A stretch of 64,000 nucleotides of DNA from Candidatus Velthaea sp. (lineage in GTDB: Bacteria; Vulcanimicrobiota; Vulcanimicrobiia; Vulcanimicrobiales; Vulcanimicrobiaceae). Of this stretch, positions 59,151-64,000 are shown one piece after another (position 1 is the stretch's first letter; every line of letters starts with the position of its first letter). Made by a program: the position numbers and the translations under genes. Location of the stretch: contig CBDCCS010000018.1 in the NCBI GenBank assembly GCA_965214935.1, positions 128,001 to 192,000 of the forward strand. Direction: 5' to 3'. The notes under the pieces were generated by a model. That model worked only from the letters and a program-made list of their open reading frames with translations. It ran no database searches and had not been told where the DNA came from.

Positions 59151-59705
59151 TTACGCATCACATTGACTGGCGCAGCGCCGCCGGTAGTCGTCGGGAGTGT
59201 CGATGTCGATTTGCGCCGCGGCGGTAAAGAAGCGCCGGCGCAAGGCCGGATCGTCACGCAATTGCCTGATCGTATCGCCGTCCGGAAGAGCTGCGATTTT
59301 GCGGCGTGCGAGCGGGCCGAAGATGACCGGATGCGTCGCTTGGGACGCGTTCGGCAGAACGATATCAACGGCGTCGTCGTACGCCGCGACCGCTGCATCG
59401 ATGTCGGCCGCGGTAATGTCGGGCAGATCGCCCAAGACGACGGCGACCGGCTCCGTACCGGGAATGACTTGATTTGCAAGTCGTAACGAATGCGCCATTC
59501 CGCGATCGGGCGATGCGTTGCGAACGATCGGCAATGCCGTCGCTGCCAGCGACGCAGCGACCTCATCGCCGGCGACGATCACGGTCGGCCACTTTGCCGC
59601 CGCGTCGACGACGCGCTGGACGATCGAACGTCCGTCGACGGGCAAAAGAAGTTTTTGGCATCCCATGCGGCTTGCCGTTCCGGCCGCGAGTATTACAACA
59701 ACCAT
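59151..59705 (-). CDS. MobA/MocA-like nucleotidyltransferase (molybdenum cofactor cytidylyltransferase-like)
   Basis: ILAAGTASRMGCQKLLL, GMAHSL, LGDLP, HPVIF, DIDTPDDY. Confidence 0.9.
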   Translation of the reverse strand: MVVVILAAGTASRMGCQKLLLPVDGRSIVQRVVDAAAKWPTVIVAGDEVAASLAATALPIVRNASPDRGMAHSLRLANQVIPGTEPVAVVLGDLPDITAADIDAAVAAYDDAVDIVLPNASQATHPVIFGPLARRKIAALPDGDTIRQLRDDPALRRRFFTAAAQIDIDTPDDYRRRCASQCDA

Positions 59706-59724
59706 CGTGCGTCGCCCAGCGAAA

Positions 59725-60162
59725 CTAACGTATGCTAACGCCGCCGCGCCGCACGACGGGAAGAACCGCCGTTACGCCGCTGCCGCCGCCGGACATTTGC
59801 GCAACGTGCACGTCGGCGCTCAAAGTTTGTACGATGAACAATCCGCGTTGCGATTCATCGAGCGGATCGCGCGGAAGCACGGGGTTCCAGCTAAATCCGC
59901 GTCCCTTGTCGACAACGAGCAGCGTCGGTAATCCGGTTCGCCACTCGACTCGTACGGTTATCGGTCCGGGCGCATGACGTATCACGTTGGCAACGAGTTC
60001 GCCGAAAATGATTTCAGCGGCCTGGTAATCGGACTCGGCGGTGCCGTGCTGGCGAAGAAACCCGATAAAGTCGCGTCGCCGTGCGTGTGCAGCGATCGCT
60101 TCTTCGGCGTGGAACTCCCAGTAGAGTGCGGAGTCCGGACGGCTTCCGCCTAACCGTTGCAT
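59725..60162 (-). CDS. HATPase_c (RsbW/anti-sigma-like) ATP-binding protein
   Basis: ELVANVIRHA, VDKGRGF, RGLFIV. Confidence 0.88.
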   Translation of the reverse strand: MQRLGGSRPDSALYWEFHAEEAIAAHARRRDFIGFLRQHGTAESDYQAAEIIFGELVANVIRHAPGPITVRVEWRTGLPTLLVVDKGRGFSWNPVLPRDPLDESQRGLFIVQTLSADVHVAQMSGGGSGVTAVLPVVRRGGVSIR

Positions 60163-60523
60163 CGATACCGGGTCTCTCGTTCGATCGCCGGCAAGGCCGT
60201 TAACGGCGTGTGCCGCTTGTTACAAACGATAACTTCACCCGCGACCGATCGTGCAGGCGCACGACCGTATTCACATTCAACGCCGTCATAACGCGCGCAA
60301 TTGAATCTTTGCTTACCCGCGGGAAAGAATGTAAAACATAACTCGCCGGCCCTCGAAACGTCGACTTTATCCGAGCACGCAACAACTGGGGCTGCAAATA
60401 CGTTGATTGCCTGTGCGACGGCGGGCTGCGCGGAGCGGCTCGACCGCGGTGAAAAACCGGCGATCGTCGCACCTGCAATCGTTATATTCCATCATCTTTT
60501 TCTAACCTTGAAGGCAGGTACTC

Positions 60524-61075
60524 GTGCAAAAATTTATGGCCGCCATCGTCGCGGCAATCATCGGTCTGGTCCCGCTGACCGCGGCGGCGCAAGTTGGACC
60601 GGGCACCCTTCTTGTCGGTAATATGGATCAGTCACTCGATTCAAAGAGCGTTCAAGTCGGACAGCGCTTCACCATTAGCGACGTGCATTCACAAGACAAC
60701 AACATCAATGGCGGAGTGATCTACGGTCACGTGTCGGACGTCCAGCGTGCAAGCCAAGGCCGCCCCGGTAAAATAGAGCTTGCGTTCGACAAACTGCATA
60801 CGCGCGCGGGCGCTTCTTATGCGCTTACGGGTCGGGCGACCAACGTACAGACGAACACGAAGAATAACGGGTTGAAGGAAGCCGGCGGCGCGCTCGCCGG
60901 ACTGTTGGTCGGCAACCTCATCGGCAAGAAGCTGGGCACGAATCTCGGCGGTGCTTTAGGCGCCGGCGGTGGTTACTTGTATGCCAAGAACAACAAAGAG
61001 AACGTTACGATTCCGCAGCATGCGAGCGTTTCGGTTCAAGTGACGCAAGCTCGTCGTCAGGCGGTCGGCGTCTAA
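60524..61075 (+). CDS. Secreted protein with glycine-zipper hairpin
   Basis: Signal peptide ending AAA; GGALAGLLVGNLIG...GGALGAGGG. Confidence 0.8.
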   Translation: MQKFMAAIVAAIIGLVPLTAAAQVGPGTLLVGNMDQSLDSKSVQVGQRFTISDVHSQDNNINGGVIYGHVSDVQRASQGRPGKIELAFDKLHTRAGASYALTGRATNVQTNTKNNGLKEAGGALAGLLVGNLIGKKLGTNLGGALGAGGGYLYAKNNKENVTIPQHASVSVQVTQARRQAVGV

Positions 61076-61299
61076 CGAGCGGGCTTGTCCGTTCGTTCGC
61101 TCGAGCGATGGTGGTCGACCATATCAGGCCTGCTTCTAAAAAGGAGCGGGCCCCTTGCTGCTTACGCATCAATAACGGCACGTGTACTTCCCGGCCGCTT
61201 TACTCGCCGTTTCGTTAGGAGTCGTTACCTCGTGATCTTCGCTTGCATCGGATCGTCAGGTCAATCGCTCGTCGATGCTCGTGCAAAGCGGAGCGAGCC

Positions 61300-61602
61300 G
61301 TGAACGGTTCGAGCGGCGCCCGCCGGATAAGCTCCGAGGCCGCCCGCCGCGCGCAGACGAGCGATTCGGAGTACCGGTCGGATGAAGAAGTGCTCGGCTC
61401 GACGTTCGTTTCGGTGTGCGCAAGCGTTTTACTCGGTGCGTTGCTGATGGCCGTTATCCTCGCCATGGGCAGTGCCCGACCGGTGCCGGCCTACGCAATC
61501 TTCGGTAGCGGGCTCTTCGGCATCGTCTTCGCCTCGTTTCTCGTCGGCGGCTTACACCTTGCCGTTACCGACTCGCGCCGGCACAAAGACGGCGATCACT
61601 AA
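61300..61602 (+). CDS. Small two-TM hypothetical protein
   Basis: GGAG RBS, GTG start, two hydrophobic helices. Confidence 0.65.
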   Translation: MNGSSGARRISSEAARRAQTSDSEYRSDEEVLGSTFVSVCASVLLGALLMAVILAMGSARPVPAYAIFGSGLFGIVFASFLVGGLHLAVTDSRRHKDGDH

Positions 61603-61627
61603 AGCCGCCCGTCATAAACGGGCGGCA
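61601..61627. terminator. Intrinsic terminator between convergent genes
   Basis: AAA-GCCGCCCGT-CATAA-ACGGGCGGC. Confidence 0.7.
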
Positions 61628-61637
61628 GCAAGCTGAA

Positions 61638-62894
61638 CTAGTTCCAGCGACCCGTGCGCTTGACGACCGGCTTGCCGGCCGTTCGGGGCTTTCCGTCGCG
61701 CGGCCGCGCCGAGGGCCCCGTGTGGACGGCTCCGCGGCTGCGCGGACGCTCGAACGGCTCGGGCGGACCGCTCGGCTCGGGCAGATCCGGTGTCTTCGCC
61801 CGATCCATACGCTTACCAAGTTTGCGTTCGATCTGCGCGAAATAGCCTTCCTCTTCGCGTGAAACGAACGTAATGGCGTCGCCCGTTGCTTTCGCCCGCG
61901 CCGTTCGGCCGATCCGATGAATGTAATCTTCCGGCACCATCGGCACATCGTAGTTGACGACGTGGCCGAGTTCTACGATGTCGATGCCGCGAGCCGCGAC
62001 ATCCGTTGCGACCAGAACGCGATACTTACCGCGCTTGAAGTCCGCGAGTGCGCGCGTGCGCTGCGCCTGCGAGCGATCGCCGTGAATGCGTTCGGCCGCA
62101 ACGTTGTTACGTTCGAGCAGCGCGGCTAACCGATTCGCGCGAGCTTTCGTTCGCGTGAACGCGATCGCGCTGTAGATGACATTGTCTTTGAGCAACTCCA
62201 ACAGCAAGTCGCTTTTGCTGACCTGATTGACCGTGTAGACCGTCTGCGTGATGCCTTCCGCCGGCGCGCTCTTGACCTGAAGTTCGACGCGTACGGGATC
62301 GTCGAGCATTTCTTTGGTCAATGCGGCAATCTCGGGTGGAATGGTCGCTGAGAAAAATAGCGTCTGGCGAGCGCCCGGTATCATCTTGAGCAGCCGGCGG
62401 ACAACCGGCAAGAAACCCATGTCGAGCATTCGATCGGCTTCATCGAGCACCAGATACTCGATCTTCGCCAGACTTGCCGTACCTTGACCGATGTGATCGA
62501 GCAAGCGCCCGGGCGTCGCGACGATGACCTCGGTGCCGCGTTTAAACGCGCCGACCTGACCGCCGAAACCAACCCCGCCGAACACCGCCGCTACCCGCAC
62601 GTTGGTGTGTTTCGCCAGCAGGCTCAAGTGCTCGGAGATTTGCATTGCAAGTTCGCGCGTCGGCGCCAGAACGAGCGCGCGCGTGGTGCCGCGCGGCTTC
62701 GCGGCTAGTGCATTGATGAGCGGGATGCCGAAGGCGGCTGATTTACCGCTACCGGTGACGGCACTGGCGAGGATATCGCGACCGGCGAGCGCCGGAGGGA
62801 TCGCTTCAGCCTGAACGGGCGTCGGTTCGGTGAACCGGAGGTCGTGGATCGCGCGCAGTAACGCGGGGTGTAAATCGAACGTATCGAACGTCAA
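61638..62894 (-). CDS. rhlE: DEAD-box RNA helicase (RhlE-like)
   Basis: PTPVQ, TGSGKS, PTRELA, TPGRL, DEAD, SAT, ARGID, HRIGRTAR. Confidence 0.93.
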   Translation of the reverse strand: MTFDTFDLHPALLRAIHDLRFTEPTPVQAEAIPPALAGRDILASAVTGSGKSAAFGIPLINALAAKPRGTTRALVLAPTRELAMQISEHLSLLAKHTNVRVAAVFGGVGFGGQVGAFKRGTEVIVATPGRLLDHIGQGTASLAKIEYLVLDEADRMLDMGFLPVVRRLLKMIPGARQTLFFSATIPPEIAALTKEMLDDPVRVELQVKSAPAEGITQTVYTVNQVSKSDLLLELLKDNVIYSAIAFTRTKARANRLAALLERNNVAAERIHGDRSQAQRTRALADFKRGKYRVLVATDVAARGIDIVELGHVVNYDVPMVPEDYIHRIGRTARAKATGDAITFVSREEEGYFAQIERKLGKRMDRAKTPDLPEPSGPPEPFERPRSRGAVHTGPSARPRDGKPRTAGKPVVKRTGRWN

Positions 62895-62985
62895 AGAGAT
62901 TAACCGTCAATCTTTCAAAAAAATGCGCGAACCGGTCGCTCATTTTTCGAGAGATCGCGCAAGGGTGACGCCCTAGTATCTCACG

Positions 62986-64000
62986 TCATGGGACTTGCGT
63001 CAAACGACCTACGTCGTAACGTGCTGCTCGCGCGACGGGCTGCATGAATATCGGACGGTCGGGCCGGAGAGCGGCGCCCGGTGCAATGCCCACCGGCCGT
63101 AGATCGCTGCGTTCGAGTCGGAACCGGCGGGCTAACGTAGCTAACGCGAGAACGCCTTCGAGCTTGCTGAACGACTCGCCGATACACATTTTGGCACCGC
63201 CGCCGAACGGAAAATAAGCAAACTTCGGACGTACGGTCGCCGCGTCCATCCAGCGCTCGGGCCGAAACAGTCCGGGTTCGTTAAACCAGCGCGGGTTCCG
63301 TTGAGTGATGTACGGGCTCACAAAGACGCTTGAACCGCGCGGAATGACATAGCCGCCTAGTGTCATGTCGGCAATCGGCCGGCGACCGAACGCCACTGCG
63401 GGCGGATACAGACGCAATGTTTCGTTGAATACCGCCGCCGTATAGCGCAACGCCTCGACGTCGGCGGCGACGGGAAGGCGGTCGCCGATCACCCGGTCGA
63501 TTTCGTCGAACATCGTGTCGGCGGCTGCCGGGTGCAAGGCAAGTAAGTACCAGGCCCAGGTAAGCGCCGTTGCGGTCGTTTCGTGTCCGGCTAAGACGAT
63601 CGTGACCGCCTCGTTTTGAATATCTTCGTCGCTGAGCGGAGCGCCGCTCTCATCGCGCTGCGCCAGCAGTAATGAAATGATGTCGTTACCGTTCGCCGCT
63701 CGGCGCCGGGCGACGACGGGTGCAACGATCGCATCGAGTTCGCGCCGTTCCGAATCAAAGATGCCCGGCCCCGTCGGCCAGCGCCGCCGGTAGGCTCGGG
63801 CGAGCGGCTCAGCAAGGGACAACAATGGTGCCAAGACCGCGCTCTTGCGAATCACGCGGGTCAAAACATCGACAATCCTGGCCGCGCCGCCGTTCAAATC
63901 CGCGCCGAAAAGCGCCGAGCCGACGATGCTCAAGCTAAGCCGTCGCATCTCGGCTGCGATGTCGATCGTCGTTTGCGCCGCCCACCGGTCGCCGAGGCGA
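62986..64000 (-). CDS. Cytochrome P450 (5' end beyond the window)
   Basis: AGHETT, ETLR, PERW, FGGGAKMCIG heme motif. Confidence 0.96.
   Translation of the reverse strand, partial: RLGDRWAAQTTIDIAAEMRRLSLSIVGSALFGADLNGGAARIVDVLTRVIRKSAVLAPLLSLAEPLARAYRRRWPTGPGIFDSERRELDAIVAPVVARRRAANGNDIISLLLAQRDESGAPLSDEDIQNEAVTIVLAGHETTATALTWAWYLLALHPAAADTMFDEIDRVIGDRLPVAADVEALRYTAAVFNETLRLYPPAVAFGRRPIADMTLGGYVIPRGSSVFVSPYITQRNPRWFNEPGLFRPERWMDAATVRPKFAYFPFGGGAKMCIGESFSKLEGVLALATLARRFRLERSDLRPVGIAPGAALRPDRPIFMQPVARAARYDVGRLTQVP

Noticed and set aside
60163..60523. Long intergenic region as a riboswitch (e.g. c-di-GMP)
   Set aside because: No recognisable aptamer consensus or expression platform by eye; needs an Infernal search

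Overview
GC-rich bacterial chromosomal window. A secretin-containing Tad pilus implies a diderm envelope, and the gene style is reminiscent of Eremiobacterota/Vulcanimicrobiota (inference only). Layout: (1) 1-8.7 kb accessory block of regulators and oxidoreductases, including a secreted PQQ dehydrogenase and a broken HAF-repeat gene. (2) 8.8-21 kb respiratory module: Rieske protein, a fused cytochrome b-subunit IV-cytochrome c, SelO, and a menG-polyprenyl synthase-tatA-tatC-resB-ccsA operon. (3) 22-38 kb housekeeping genes (tatD, metG, rsmI, TIGR00300 ornithine cyclodeaminase-like) interleaved with five GT-C-fold membrane glycosyltransferase genes. (4) 38.3-51.1 kb divergent Tad/Flp pilus locus with a CpaE-CpaF fusion, two prepilin peptidases, two Flp pilins, three pseudopilins (one with a mucin-like Pro/Thr tail) and an operon-embedded acyltransferase-3. 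(5) 51-64 kb ABC exporter, a leader-peptide attenuator-like element upstream of a small protein-phosphodiesterase-methyltransferase operon, two helicases and a partial P450. Five genes carry single-base indels in short homopolymers, most likely long-read assembly errors. No rRNA, tRNA, CRISPR array, integrase or transposase was recognised. Best novelty candidates are the attenuator at ~54.95-55.4 kb and a possible Tad pilus glycosylation/acylation system.
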